A DNA stretch of 63,979 bases, filler included, from Olpidium bornovanus S191 (GCA_017911155.1; 30 parts of 30 records of this genome joined end to end with filler, not necessarily neighbours in it); one strand, 5' to 3'; positions 1 through 13,441 are shown, counted from the whole stretch's first letter. Notes: a model not told the origin generated them from the letters alone. Numbers and translations are program-made.

Positions 1-135
1 CATGCAATGCTTGCAATGTACGCAATGACGTCCGCAACGTCCGCAGCGTATGCAATGCTTGCAATGTACCGAACGATGTGTGTGCAATCGATATACGTGA
101 CGATGTGCGAGCACCCAACCTGCTCAATGTTTGCA
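1..135. repeat. Degenerate ~9-bp periodic repeat (GCAATG-based)
   Basis: Recurring gcaatg/gcaacg units; ATGCAATGCTTGCAATGTAC occurs at 2-21 and again at 50-69. Confidence 0.6.
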
Positions 136-1133
136 GTGTAAGCAATGATGTGCGCAAATCGAATTGAGTGTGCGTGAATTGACTGTGTTTGAAGGCAAGT
201 GTGTGTGTGTTTCTGCCAATTTGCCCGTCAGGCCGTCCATCCGACTTTTCGCCGCCGTCACCGACTGAGGAAAAAAATTGCTGAAAAAAACTCTCCCCTT
301 TTCCCCGAGAGAGTAAAAAACCGGCAGCCGGCGTACGCGGGGCCCATTTTTTTTCTTTTTTTTTTGAAGCCCCTGTTGCCTCCCAACTGCCGTTGCTAGC
401 CAAATGCCGCCGCTGCCGGCGGCACAGTTTTTTGCTTTCGGGCGACAGCCGTTGCCGCTGATGGCCAGCGGCCCATCATCAACTAACCTCCAACGCGGGC
501 TTGGCGGAACCCTTGACCGGAATCCGACGGGCGGCGGGCCCATACGCATCAACGTCAACGGTTTTAATTATTATTTTCCCTCGACCACTTTCTTCGGAAA
601 AAAAAACTCCGACGCCAACCAAGTCCGGAGATGATTCGGAACTGCCGTCGCGCACCAACGTAGCCCCCTCCCCACCGCTGCCCCATTCAGGGCGCCGCGG
701 CTTAAGAAGCGGCGAGCGCGCGGCAATTCGCCGCCCGCGCGTGGCGATAGAGATATGCCGCTCGCAGCGTGACGGGAGGGAAGGTTCGGGCCATCTCCCT
801 CGGCCCCCTGCTCCACTGGCTGACCGGCGAAGGTTCGGAGGTTCGGCGCAACTAGACTTCAAGATCACGATTGTCCGGGGCACCTCAGAATAGGGCGATA
901 ACCCCTCGCCCTCCGGACACGCCTGTTACTCCGATGCTCCGCCACGGCGCGCGCCGAATCGGAACGCGGCCTCTCCTGCAAACCCCTCCCGTTCGCCCTT
1001 TCCCCCCCCACACCCCCCCCCCCCCACCTCGGCGCGTTTTCCCCCCCTTACACATACAAAAATAGCGTTCGGTTGACGGGCGGACGGGTGGTCGCACCCT
1101 ACTCCACCCGCGGGGTGCTTCTTACGTCACGCG

Positions 1134-1233
1134 NNNNNNNNNNNNNNNNNNNNNNNNNNNNNNNNNNNNNNNNNNNNTTAATTAATTAANNNNNNNNNNN
1201 NNNNNNNNNNNNNNNNNNNNNNNNNNNNNNNNN
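1134..1233. other. Artificial contig spacer (first of 29 identical copies)
   Basis: 44 N + TTAATTAATTAA + 44 N. Other copies start at 3551, 5482, 7644, 12710, 14251, 16048, 17846, 19680, 21560, 22776, 24619, 27339, 29675, 30919, 32721, 35050, 38327, 40185, 45156, 46374, 48081, 49749, 51333, 53284, 55012, 56192, 58833, 61159. Confidence 0.99.
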
Positions 1234-3336
1234 CATGAAATTTGACCGGCACACGGATGCCGAAAACGTGGATTTCCTCGTTCTCTCGGACGACTGGACA
1301 AAAACCGTGCATTTGCAGTGCGACAGGAGCATTGAGTTTCACTCGCAAGGGGGAATCTATTACCGGACACGGATACCAAAGGTAGGGGCCAACTTCTCTC
1401 TTCTGCGGCGGTGTTGCGCTCTTCAACCATGCTCTTTCTAGCTTCTCGTTGCTTACGTTCGATCTCCCTTCTGTGCTCACCGGCCGAAATTGCAGTTCGG
1501 TCGCGACATAGCGTACCACTACTCTTCGTGCGACCTCCTGGTCGCGGCGGCGGCCAACGAGGTGTACCGTTTGAACCTTGACCAGGGCCGCTTCCTGAAC
1601 CCGCTGACGATCGACTCGCCAGATGGCGTCAACGTCGTCAAGATCACCCCGTTGCACCAGCTATACGCCTTCGGGACTGTGGCGGGCACGGTGGAGTTCT
1701 GGGACCCGCGGAGTAGGGAACTCGTTAACGTGCTAAGGCCCAACGTCCCCGGTGGCGGCCACGTGGAGGTGTCCGCCGTGTCGTATCGCGACGATGGTCT
1801 TTCCGTCGGCGTCGGAACGTCGACCGGCCAAGTGCTGCTGTATGACCTGCGAAGCGCCCGCCCCTGGGTTGTGAAGGACCAGGGATACGGAAGCGCCATC
1901 CGTTCGATCCACTTTCACGAGTGCGGCTCGTCGTTTGGGGGTACCGGGAAAGTCATTTCAGCGGATTCGAAGATCATAAAGATTTGGAACAGGATGGACG
2001 TAAGTCTCTGTCGCACGCTTACATTTGCTTTGTCCACGTCTTAACATCCCGACTTCCGTATGTCCTAGTCGCTAAAACGCTTATTGATTACATATGCAGG
2101 GGCGCCACTTTACGTCGATCGAGCCGACAACCGCCATTAACGACGTCTGTCCTGTGGAAAACTCCGGACTCATTTATGCTGCGAACGAGGGCATACAGGT
2201 TCAGAGTTATTACATCCCGGAACTGGGTCCTGCGCCAAGATGGTGTTCCTTCCTCGACAACCTCACGGTGAGATTTGGTTTTTCTTTCACTCAAGCCTGG
2301 TCGGAACTCTCCGATTCGCCTGTGCTCAATTCTAGGTTCTGTTTGCAGGAGGAACTCGAGGAGAAACCGGAAGAGAACGTTTACGATGACTTCAAATTTG
2401 TCACGCGGAAAGATTTGGCAAGGTAATTTTTTTTTGTTAGAGACAGAGCACTGATCCTTTTTGCGATGAAATGCGTGCTAACCTTCAGCGGTGTGTAGCC
2501 TCGGCCTCGACCACCTCATTGGCACAAAGCTCCTTCGACCGTACATGCACGGATACTTCGTTGACCTGCGTTTGTACGAAAAGGCTCGGGCGATAGCTAA
2601 CCCGTTCGCCTACGAAGAGCACCGGGCTCAGCTCGCGAAGTCGAAAGTTGAGGCTGAACGCGCGTCCCGCATTCGGGCGACCACCAAATTGCCGAAGGTC
2701 AACCGGGCGTTAGCCAGTCGACTGCTGGAGGAGCGGGAAACCGGCGAAGGGGCCAGGAAGAAGGGGAAGAGAAAGGAGGGCGACCAGCCGGTTCCTACGG
2801 TGCTCGAGGACGAGCGTTTCGCGGAACTGTTCGCGAATGCGGATTTCGAGGTCGACGAGGACAGCCTCGAGTTCCAGCAGCTCAACCCCACGCGCAGCAC
2901 CGCTGCCCGAAGGCGCCCGCTGGGGAACGACAGCGGCGAGGAGAGCGCGGGAGGAGAAGACGGACCGGAGGAGAGCGAGGCTGAAGGCAAAGGCAGCGAC
3001 GAGTCGTCTTCGGAGGAAGAGTTTTGGGAGCAAAAAAAGCAGAAGAAGGCGCCGGACGGCATCCGCTCCGGCGCCGGCCAGCGGCGGCACCCGAAGATGG
3101 TGTCGTTCTCCGCGGGCCGCAGCCAGGCGTCTACAAAGTCCGGCATCGGGAACGTCACGGCGCTCGGAGAGCGCGCGACGACCGAGCTCACCGCCCGCCG
3201 CAACAAGGGCCGCCGCCCCGCCAGCGGAGCCATGGAGATGACGTTCAACGTCCGAAAGCGCGTTCGGGGAGACAAGGCAGCCCGAGGTGGAACCGCTGGC
3301 GGAGGACCCGTCAGGAGACAAAGGCGGGCCGCGTAG
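1234..3336 (+). CDS. ENP2: Ribosome biogenesis protein Enp2/NOL10 (WD40 + NUC153), 5'-truncated, 5 exons
   Basis: Spliced translation KFDRHTDAENVDFLVLSDDWTKTVHLQ.DRSIEFH..RIPK/FGRDIAY..EVYRLNLDQGRFLNP..YYIPELGPAPRWCSFLDNLT/EELEE..VYDDFKFVT..LRPYMHGYFVDLRLY. GT-AG introns at 1382-1495, 2000-2099, 2268-2348 and 2423-2498. Confidence 0.95.
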
Positions 3337-3650
3337 GCTTCCGCAGTGCGGTATTAATTTTGCTGATTATACCCTCGTTTTTTTTGCCACACGGCAGCAT
3401 GTTTGTCTCTGCGGACCATCCGCTCGCCGCATGTACATAAATATCGTGTAACATCTCATCGTCCTTTCGCGGCCTCACCATTTTCACGCGGCCCGCTGCG
3501 CCGATTCCCCGAAACGGGCGCGAGCAGGTGGTTGTGGGCGGCGACCGAACNNNNNNNNNNNNNNNNNNNNNNNNNNNNNNNNNNNNNNNNNNNNTTAATT
3601 AATTAANNNNNNNNNNNNNNNNNNNNNNNNNNNNNNNNNNNNNNNNNNNN

Positions 3651-5373
3651 CCCGCCTCAACCGGCCGTGGGCCGTCTCGCCCGCGAAAGTCGCGCGGCAG
3701 ACCGTGAATCCTATTCGCGAGGTGCGGGCGTGAACAGAGCCTTTGTCACCGCCGCCGATTCCAAAGGGCACAAAAAAAAAACCAACTCGCGTAGAGAGCA
3801 CGATGAAAAGACGGCGTGTCGCTTCACACCCCGAGTTCCCGCCTTCGGCATGCCTTTCCGTGTCGGCGCATTCGAGCCCGCTTTTCGCCTACCCCGTTTT
3901 TGTCTAACAGGTTGTCGACCACCTGAAAGTGGAGCCGAACCCCCAAAAAGAAATGATCAGCCTCGCTCTAGGTACCCCTTGCGTCATCATCTCTTTTGCT
4001 TTGCGCGGCGCCGAACGTTCGGAGACTGATTCCCGCGGTCGCCCGTACCCGCTGTGAACGGAAGGTGACCCGACCGCTTACGGCAACCTTAAGATAGCAG
4101 ACGAGTGCGTCGAGGCGGTCGTGCGTGCTTTGCAGTCCCACAAGGCAAACGGGTACCCGCCCTCGGCAGGATACGAGTCCGCCCGCGACGCCGTCGCCTC
4201 CCGGTTCACCTCCGACGAGGCGCCGCTCACGTCAAAGGTGTGGGTCACGGCACGCGTTTATGGGGATTCAAAGATATATTCCCCTTGATCAGTTTTATCT
4301 GTGGAGCGCATCCGGTTGAAAAACGTCGCTAGTGCGACAAAACCGCTTACGCCTTCATATTCTGGGAACCCTTAAAAAAGGATGTGTACATTACCAGTGG
4401 TTGCTCCCACGCCCTGGATATCGCTATAAGTGCTCTTTGCGACGAGGGGTCCAACATTCTTATTCCAAGACCCGGCTTTTCGCTTTACCGAACGCTCGCA
4501 GAATCCAAAAGTGTCGAATGCCGCTATTACAATCTAATTGTACGCTGGTGTCGGTGTGTCGTTCCACAAATTGTATCTGAAACGAATATAAACTGGTCAC
4601 GATGTTGGTTAGCCGTCCAAATCGTGGGAAATCGACCTTGGACATTTAGAAGGCCAAATTGACGATAAGACGGCGGCAATCGTGGTGAACAAGTGAGAAT
4701 GCGCCATTGCGAACGTTTTGTTCACATCCGCTATGGGGCCGCAAATCGTTGCGGCGCGGAACTCACGCTGATTGGAACTGCGCGTTTTATTGGCGGTTAA
4801 GTCCTTCGAACCCATGTGGCTCCGTCTACTCTCGCGCGCACTTGGAGCAGATCATCGCGCTTTGCGAAAAGTACAGGATAGTCGTTATAGCGGACGAGGT
4901 ATATGCCGACATGGCTTGGGGCAGGAACCAGTTCATCCCGATAGCCCGTCTCTCAAAGAGCGTCCCGATCCTGGCAGTAGGCGGGATCGCAAAGCAGTAC
5001 CTCGTCCCTGGCTGGCGACTGGGGTGGCTTCTGGTACACGACCGGAACGACGTGCTACGTGAGGTCTGTGGCGGGAAATATGCAGCCGCTGGCAGCACAG
5101 AGACGCCTCCCTCTGTCGAAAGACTAACCCGAACGTGTCACTGCCTCGCCTGGACCACAGGTGCGGGGTGCGATCATGAGTTTGACGCAGATCATCCTGG
5201 GTGCCAATTCGGTCGTGCAAGCGGCACTCCGCGACATCCTTCACCACACGCCTGCGTCGTTCTTTGAGCAAACGATCCTTGCTCTCAAGCACAACGCCGA
5301 GCTGAGCGCGGCCATCGTCTCTAAGATCCCTGGTCTCGAGGTTGTGGTGCCTCAAGGTGCCATGTATATGATG
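3651..5373 (+). CDS. TAT: Tyrosine aminotransferase (PLP fold I), multi-exon, truncated
   Basis: [45 protein letters not shown]; [12 protein letters not shown]; [11 protein letters not shown]; [11 protein letters not shown]; IADEVYADM; [16 protein letters not shown] (PLP lysine); PQGAMYMM. Confidence 0.93.
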
Positions 5374-5663
5374 GTGCGCACTGCCCGGTGTGGCCCGCAG
5401 TTGTCCCCACGTCGCGGAAGGGTTTTGCCGCGCGACCCCGTACGGTGACCTATCGGCTTAGCGCTTTCTCTGACGCTTGCGNNNNNNNNNNNNNNNNNNN
5501 NNNNNNNNNNNNNNNNNNNNNNNNNTTAATTAATTAANNNNNNNNNNNNNNNNNNNNNNNNNNNNNNNNNNNNNNNNNNNNCTGCCCCCGCCGCCCCCGC
5601 CGCCGGCGGTGGACGGCAACCCAAACAGCGCGCTCTCTTTTTTGCCAGTCCCGAAGTGTCACC

Positions 5664-7643
5664 ATGGCGGCCAGCGGCGTGCTCAAAAGGAAGGAACTTC
5701 AGGCAAGCAACCGTCTGGAGGGTCCCGCTGTGGCCTCGGCGACCGACCACGCCGCCCAGCTCGTGACCGCGGAGAAGAATAAGAAACCGCGAGTCGACGC
5801 AGCGCAGCCTTCGGCGTTCGAGCAAGTGCTCCGCGCCTCGCAGTCGTCAACACGTGCGGGTGAACGTGGTTGGGGAGCGCGGTGATTCTCTGCAGAACAG
5901 CCAACGGGCTGCTGATCTCTTTTCGGCATTTTGTCCGCAGGCTTACATCCGTCTTTCGCGTTATCCCGCGTCCGCCGCGCGCAGAACCAAATCAGAATAC
6001 GTGGGAGCGCCCTCCACTGCCGCAAATAAATCCGGAGAGCGACGCCCTCAGTGAGTGACGTGATAAACCGGTGGCGGACTGCAGCCCCGAGGAAACGCGT
6101 TCGACATGACCGACTTCGCGAAATCGCCGGGATTAGTATTCCAGCAGATCGAGGCAGACGACTACGTTGATCCGCGAACCAACCGCGCCGTTGTGCGCTT
6201 TTTTGGAGTAACCGAGGTGCGCCGATGTTCTGGTTTGCGTCTGCGGGGGCCTGTATGAGAGCCTGACGTCGACTCCGAACGAAACGCAGGCCGGCAACAG
6301 TGTCGTGTGTCATGCCACGGGCTTTCTCCCGTACTTCTACATTCCGGCCCCCGCCGGGTTTCGTGCGGAACACAAAGAAAGGTTCCAGCAAGAATTAGAG
6401 GTACGGTCGGTCGCCGGCGCTCCTGGCCTTGCTAACTAGCTCACACGCCATTTTGACCCGTGCTTCCACAGACAGCACTGCAAGCCGAAGTGCGCAGCGG
6501 GTTCAACGGGCGAATGGTCGTCAGCGTGAAGGCCGTCAAGAAACAATCGCTGTATCATTACAGCGGCAAGGATCCGTTCCTTTTCCTCAAGATATCCCTG
6601 TCATTGCCGAAGTACATCAACACGGCAAAACATATCCTTCTTCGCCAACGTTTGAGGAAAGCCAGACAGTTTGATTTGCTTTACTTCGTCCGGCGCTTGG
6701 CCTTGACACCTACCCACGCCTTTTTGAAGGAGAATTCAAGTTTCCTGGCGACCTCGGGAATCCCTCCCTGCCGACATTCGAGTCGAATTTGGCCTTCCTT
6801 TTGCGTTTCATGATTGACCACAAAGTGAGACATTGCCTGTTGCTGGAATTCTCGTATAGCCGACCTTACTGATATCATGTCTCCCCGTTTAGATCACAGG
6901 GATGAACTGGCTGGAGCTTCCTCCTAATTCGTACAAGTTTCGTCCAAACACCTCCAACTGCCAATGTGAAGTTGAAATACTGTGAGTCCTGTGACTTCAG
7001 CCTTCTGTTTGAGCACACATCTACGGCGACCTTTCCAGAGGGGTCTGACCGGAATGCCGAACCAGTCACGATAAGATAATCAGCCATGCCCCGGAAGGCG
7101 AATGGTCGAAGATTGCGCCGATGCGCATTCTGAGTTTTGACATTGAATGCGCAGGGAGGAAGGGTGTTTTCCCGGAGGCAAAGGTCGACCCAGTAATCCA
7201 AATTGCGAGCATGGTGTCAGTACACGGTGAGGCCATGGCTCCCAGGGTATTCTCACGCTTTCCTGGATTGGCCGCTGCCCGCTACCTAACGACGATGTGC
7301 ACGCCCTTCAAACAAAGGCGATAACCAGCCAATAATTCGGAATGTATGCACACTCAATTCATGCGCGCACATTGTGGGAACTCAAGTACTGTCGTTCAGA
7401 ACGGAAGAGGAAATGTTGCAAGCTTGGAGCGACTTTGTGGTGACGGTACGGTTGCTAACGGAACCTAAGTTGCGAAGCTCTCTATGTCCGCACGTCTGAC
7501 TCAGAGTTGCGTTTCCGTTTGCCATGAAGGTGGATCCGGACGTTATCACTGGATACAACACGAACAATTTTGATTTTCCGTATCTGCTGGACAGGGCAAG
7601 CCATCTGAAGGTTTCTCGGTTCCCGTATCTCGGCCGCGTCAAA
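5664..7643 (+). CDS. POL3: DNA polymerase delta catalytic subunit, N-terminal and exonuclease part, 3'-truncated
   Basis: WERPPLP; [10 protein letters not shown]; [28 protein letters not shown]; [27 protein letters not shown]; [36 protein letters not shown] (ExoI); [22 protein letters not shown] (ExoII). Confidence 0.97.
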
Positions 7644-7743
7644 NNNNNNNNNNNNNNNNNNNNNNNNNNNNNNNNNNNNNNNNNNNNTTAATTAATTAAN
7701 NNNNNNNNNNNNNNNNNNNNNNNNNNNNNNNNNNNNNNNNNNN

Positions 7744-10700
7744 CATGGCGGCAACGTCATCGGGACGTCAGAAACGTGTTCCGATGCAGCCGGTGACGAC
7801 CCGCGAGAGGAAAACGACAGGGAAGACGACGACCTGATGCGCGAGAGGAAGCGCAGGCCGAGCCCGCCGCCTGGAGATTTAGGCGTGGCAGGCGGGCCGG
7901 CGACTTTCGCCGCGGCAGGGCCCCGGTCGAGCGGCGGAGTGCCGGCTTCGTCGTCCTCATCGTCAGCCTCTAGTTCTTCCCCCCCAAAAACTCGGCTGCC
8001 CTGCACGCTCTTGACGAACAGGTTCGCGGCGAGCTCCTTGCAGAACTCCTGTACGACAACGTACACGCCTGCCAGGTCCTGCTGAGACTGATCGTGGCCG
8101 TGACGATTTGATGGCGTCGTGGGGCTCGAGGGCAAAGATGATGTGGTTGGGGTGGCCCCCGGGGATCCGGCCCCGTCGGCCGAATTCTTTCGCTCCCGAC
8201 GGTCCCCACCTCCGATGCTCGCCTGACTGAGCCCGATTGCCCGCATCCGCCGCACTTTCTGGGGAAAGTCCGGCACTTCCCGTGACCGCTCCGACACTTT
8301 TCGAGCAACCTGAAGCCATTTAGAGCGTTTCATTTCAGCAATAATTGCCAAAGAAATTTCGTGAGGATTGCCAGGCAAACCGCAGCTCTCCTTACCGACA
8401 TCAGTGCGCCATATATCGTTTTCGAACGAGCGTTCTTGCTGTAGACGATATTGGAAACGCCCAGATCCAAAAGCATCACAATCCTCGAAAGAAGTCCCGT
8501 GATCAGGAGAGTGCGCTCGATGGACGACGCATCTGCCATAGACTCCAGTTCGTCGAGGAGGGTACCCAAAAATAATGCACGGTCGTCGTCGACGCTCGGG
8601 CTGCCGGAAGGCCGGGAGGATTCAAACGTTCTTGCTTGGTGATCAGCTGTTTCTGTGCTGATCGGCCGTCCCTTGCCGTTGACCACGGCAGACCGTTTTA
8701 AAGTGTACACGTGACGCTCCTGGGCTTCGATCAGGTACTCGTCGAAGCCACCGGCTTTCATCGCGGCGCCGTTGGGGGCAACGGACAAGGTCGTCATTAC
8801 TTCGTCCCCTGCCGGAAAAAGTGGCAGGATCCTGCGCAGGCTGACGTCAGCAAACGAGAACCAAATGTAGGTGCACTTTGCTTATCGACTATTTCCTCCG
8901 TGGAAAACTCTGAACATACTTTTCAACGACACGCCGCACTTCTGGCAATGACAAGGGCGCACTAGCCTCTTTACCTTCCGGTGGTGCCATCACTAACCAC
9001 TCGATGACTCGTTCATCGCAGGAACCAAGAATGGCATCAAACAGCCGCAGTGTTGTGAGTGATAGCTGGGCGAAGCATACGGGCCTAGTTCAGTAAGCGA
9101 GGTAGCCCAAAACGTATGAGCCTCCACTAAACCGCCGATCCGCTGGACTCTCCACTACGACATACCGATTCTCGTGGGGCGGCCATGTTCAGGATGAGCC
9201 TTTTTCGCAGTCCGCTTGCGTCGTCGTCGCCCGCTGTCTCTCCTCGTGTCCAGCCTTCCTTATCGAAACCGATCAACGAAGAAAGCAGCGGCCGCAGCAG
9301 TGCTGGTGACTTGCATAAATTAATCAACTGCATCATGTATTTTGAAAACTGTTCGATCTGCTCGTCCTGGCTGGCGGAAACCCCGAGGGCGTTCAGCTGT
9401 GAGTCAGCCGCCGAGCTATTGACTTGCGGGGCAGCGGGAGGGGTGGGGAGGAGGGGGGGTGGGACAATTCGTAACCCACCAGCCAGCTCGAACTTGCTCG
9501 CAAGCCAGATCGGCAAAGTTCGTGCGAAAGCACTCGCTCAGGCGTCGAGTCAGACACTGTCACAGAGCATCGCGTACGGGAGTCAACCCAGCTTCCTGAG
9601 ACCACGGAGCAGCACGCATACGTATCGCAAATCACCTCGTCGCCGGCGGCGGATACGTCATCAACAAACCGGAAAAAAGAAAGAAACTCGAAAAGGGCCT
9701 TTTGACTTGGCGTGAGCTCCGCCGTTGCCGATCTCGCAGACGATAACGATTCGTCCGATCCCATAGACGCCATCGACTGCCTTTTGCCCCATCCCTTTCG
9801 CAACACGGGAGACTCCGGGGGAGAATTCTCCGCCTTTGCCGAAGACGGCGTTGTGGGTCGGGTAGGCAGCATGGCGTAAAGCGTGGCCAGTCGCTCGGTC
9901 TGAGCGCAATAAAAAGGGAAAGCGATCAAACACTCTGATCCGCAGATACCTGAGCATCTCCCAACCGACCGCGCCCACGGTTGCGGAACGAACGCAACGA
10001 ACGGACAATCGTCTCGCATAAATTGCTGTCATAAGCCAAATACTCGGAAACCGTCCGATGCGTGTCCGGGAGGGCGGCGATCTCGACGGTAAGGGTGGTG
10101 GCCTCGCGGGCGATGCGGCCAATTTTTCCGGAAACCATGATGTAGTCCAGCAACACAGAGAAAATGTAGAACTTCGAGTGCGCCTGGATGGTGAGTGCCC
10201 GGCGAATTTCATGTAAGGACTTCAGGTAACTCGCACTGCGTGGATCTTGACGCTCTCTTCGTCCGCAAGCCTCCAACCCCACCTGGCCCGCGTCGTCACC
10301 GTGACCCGCCGTGCGGCCGAAAAACAAGACCATAAGCTCGGGATGCCCGTGGAGCTTCTGGAAAACGGCGTGGACGAGGTTGACCAGATCCTCCGTCATC
10401 TCCAAATCCAAAATTTTGCGCTCGGCTGCCAGCGTGTGATGGCAAAGCCTGATGAGTTTTTGCAACGGGGCGCGCACGGCAGCCTCCGGGAGGAGGCGGG
10501 CGCGGACGTTAACGATGAACACCGCGAATACCCGCAGGACGTGGTTGCGCATTCCGGTCGGGGCCTACGAAACGACGAGCAAACGGTCAGCTGGAAAGGC
10601 ACCACACCCTGACGAGCCGAAAGTTGAGGACCGCCGGAGCCGCCAGCAAACGGCACAGCGTTTTTTCGCACTTGCAACATAACTAACGCGCAACGCCTGG

Positions 10701-11199
10701 AGCCCAACGTACATCCAACGTTGCGTACTCGACAAGCGTATCCAAAATCCGACGCTCGAGCAGATATTGGAGACATGGCCCCGTCTCCTCTCCAAGTTCG
10801 GCTTCTTCTTCCTTCACATACTTGACGAGAAGATCAAGGTGGTAGGCGATGTTAAACTTGACCGGAACCCTGTTCTCTGCCGTTACCAGGGAAAGGCCGC
10901 GCCGGACATCAGCCGGAGGACTTGCGAAACGCGGGGGAAACTCGGGTCGCGACAAAGTTCCGCGACGAGAAGCGCTGGAAGCAGACTCCCGGGCGTCGGG
11001 AGCGCGGCACCGCAGCAAACAACACACCCGCCCCCTTGATCGCAGCGTAGGCGACAGTTGGCGTGACGGCCCCGAAGTGCCGGTCGTAGAAGGCGGTGAT
11101 GTGCGCCCAGTGGACTCGAAAGGCCTCGTCCCTGCGCACTATCTGAGGCGCCAGAACCTCTACCGCGGAGTTGACGAGGCCGGACAGGCGGTTGAACAT
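7744..11199 (-). CDS. FHIP/FAM160 (RAI16-like) protein, multi-exon
   Basis: MFNRLSGLVNSAVEVLAP..FRVHWAHI; EETGPCLQYLLERRILDTLVEY; HPELMVLFF; FYIFSVLLDYIMVSGKIGRIARE; FLGTLLDELESM..LLITGLLSRI; C-terminal VVQEFCKELAA, typical of the FAM160 family. Confidence 0.8.
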
Positions 11200-11467
11200 G
11201 TTGAGGCGGGGGAAGGCGGGGCGGGCCGTGTGCCCAGGGGGAGGGAGGATTCGGCGCCGGCGGCAGCAACGAGCGCCGCGCCGGAGTCCGGTGGCGGCGG
11301 GCGGGGAAGAGGGAGAGGAGAGTGTTGGCTTGGACGCGCAAAATTCTCCAAAAAGGTCACTTCCGTTTGCGTGACTGGCACCAAACGATTCTGCGCCGCG
11401 GCGTAAAAGCAATAAATGCTCTCCTCCCAAAAACTACCGCTAATTATTTGATCCCCGCGCCATCCCG

Positions 11468-11545
11468 CCCTGCCCCTGCCTCTGCCTCTGCCTCTGCCTT
11501 CTGCCTCTGCCTCTGCCGTCTGCCTCTGCCGTCTGTCTATGCCAG
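11468..11545 (+). repeat. (CTGCCT)n hexamer microsatellite, imperfect
   Basis: Seen directly: ctgcctctgcctctgcctctgccttctgcctctgcctctgccgtctgcctctgccg. Confidence 0.9.
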
Positions 11546-12588
11546 GCAGGCAGAGGCGGTTTGCTCCCACCTAGGTGGCAGACGGCAAAGGCAGTCTCCT
11601 CCCACCTAGGCCGAAAACACTCAAACGGGGGAGTTCTGGGCCGCAATCCTGACCTTAGCCGACGCTGGCCCGGATCGCGACACCGTGCAATGAGGTGGGT
11701 GGCAGGGGGACCCCACCGCGGGGGCGCGACAGCAAACTGCACCAGCGTAAAAGAATATCGCCGGGACCAGCCCGTAAGGCCGCCTATATGCATAAATATA
11801 CATATTGTGCGACAACGGTCGGAACCGGCTTGCGGGTTTTGATGGGCTTGGTGGGCGAGGAGCGAGGACCGCACGTCGGTGAAGGGAGAAGAGGCGGCAG
11901 CCTTCCGAGCCGGGGAATTCGGGCCGTTTCGGATTTGCTGCGCACGTGCCGTGCAACAGGGGCTCAGCGCGACTTTTCGCAGCCAACCGCGGGCGGGTGG
12001 GGAAAAACACGTCGCGAAAGCACGTGTCCGGGACACCCCCATAACGTCACACCCGCCGCGGACCCATAACGTCACACCCGCCGCGTCCGCCGGGGCGTTC
12101 TGCAGTCCGGGTCTTCTCGACACGCACCACGCCCGGCCCGCTGCGTACCGGCACACTGCAGCACATCCCGCTGCAATTCGACGACGGCCGCACCGCCCGT
12201 TCCGTCGTCGGCGGTGCCACAAGCGAAAAACAATTCGCCGGCCGATTAAAAAAAAGTGGAAGTTCTTCTGTCCACGCTGTACTGGATTACCGTCAAAAGT
12301 AAAGGATCTACGCAGACGCGCGGTGTACTGCGTCTGTCCCGTTTCCTCAAAAGCTTCCCTTTCGCCCACCTCACCACATTTTCGTGATCCTTTCCAAGTA
12401 ATAATAAAAAAAAAAGAAAGAATTCGGCGTTTTCCCGCCGCATTTTTGGATTTGCACGCAGCTGGCCTCGTGAACTTCTCAGAGGACGGTACGCATTTAA
12501 CGGTGCTCATTGCTCGCTCGACCGAACAGAACCTCCCAAAACCTTTGCACCAGACGGATTGATCGTGCTATAGCAGAAACCAGGCCGG

Positions 12589-12709
12589 CATGGTGTTCAT
12601 CCTTTTGATCCAGGTCCTGATGGTGCAGTTTGCGAGCGGCTTCGTGGGATCGATGGAGCTCGACTGGCAGGAGTGGCTGTGCTGCGCGTTCATAGCCGTT
12701 CTGGACCTC
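12589..12709 (+). CDS. Possible C-terminal TM segment of a P-type (PMCA-like) Ca2+-ATPase, fragment
   Basis: MVFILLIQVLMVQFASGFVGSMELDWQEWLCCAFIAVLDL resembles PMCA TM9-TM10 (QV.IVQFGG..F....L...QW..C). Upstream exons were not recognised. Confidence 0.35.
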
Positions 12710-12809
12710 NNNNNNNNNNNNNNNNNNNNNNNNNNNNNNNNNNNNNNNNNNNNTTAATTAATTAANNNNNNNNNNNNNNNNNNNNNNNNNNNNNNNNNNN
12801 NNNNNNNNN

Positions 12810-13441
12810 CCATGTCCTTCCTGCGCCGCAGGACAAACGGCGTCATCATCCGCTTCGCCCGGTCAATCCGGTGTTTCGACAGCAGGCTTGACTGCGAACC
12901 CGCGGTTGCCGCCGGCTTCAGCTTGAAAAGAGTGGCGAGCGTCTCCTGCGTCCTCTCCGACACGAACAGGGACGGCATGACGAAGCTCAGGAATGACTGC
13001 AGAGTTCCCATGCCCCATCGTAAGCGACAGGTCAACAGTGCGAGAGTGAGACGCGCTTGCAAAAATCAGGGATGCGCACCATCAGCTCCTGAAGGTTATT
13101 CTGGAAGAAAGAACGAAGAGTTAGTTAAACTGGAGATTTAGAGCGCGACGGCGCAGCGTAATTGGATTTGAAACGCTTATCCCCTATTTTCAGCGGTGTC
13201 CCCGTCAAGAGTAGCCTAAATGGCGCCTGAGGGAACGCACTGCAAGTCAGTGAGCGCAGACGAGCTCAAGGTACGTCAGAAGGCTTGATCACCTTGATCC
13301 GCATCAGCTCCTTATAGCGGGAGCTGGCCCTGCCCACGGAAAAGAAAGCGTGAAAAAAAAATAATAACGCGAAGCTCGGATAAGGTTCGGCGTGACCCGT
13401 ACCATGTTTTTCACGAGATGGCCCTCGTCCAAAACCATGCT
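12810..13441 (-). CDS. Fun30/SMARCAD1-type Snf2 helicase fragment, multi-exon
   Basis: Exons read SMVLDEGHLVKNM / ASSRYKELMRIK / APFRLLLTGTPL / NNLQELM / SFLSFVMPSLF..LLSKHRIDRAKRMMTPFVLRRRKD. DEGH motif II and RAK.MM.PF.LRR are Fun30-like. Confidence 0.85.

Noticed and set aside
1178-1189. Regularly recurring TTAATTAATTAA looking like a repeat array or CRISPR
   Set aside because: Always centred in 88 N's. It is an artificial six-frame-stop contig linker.
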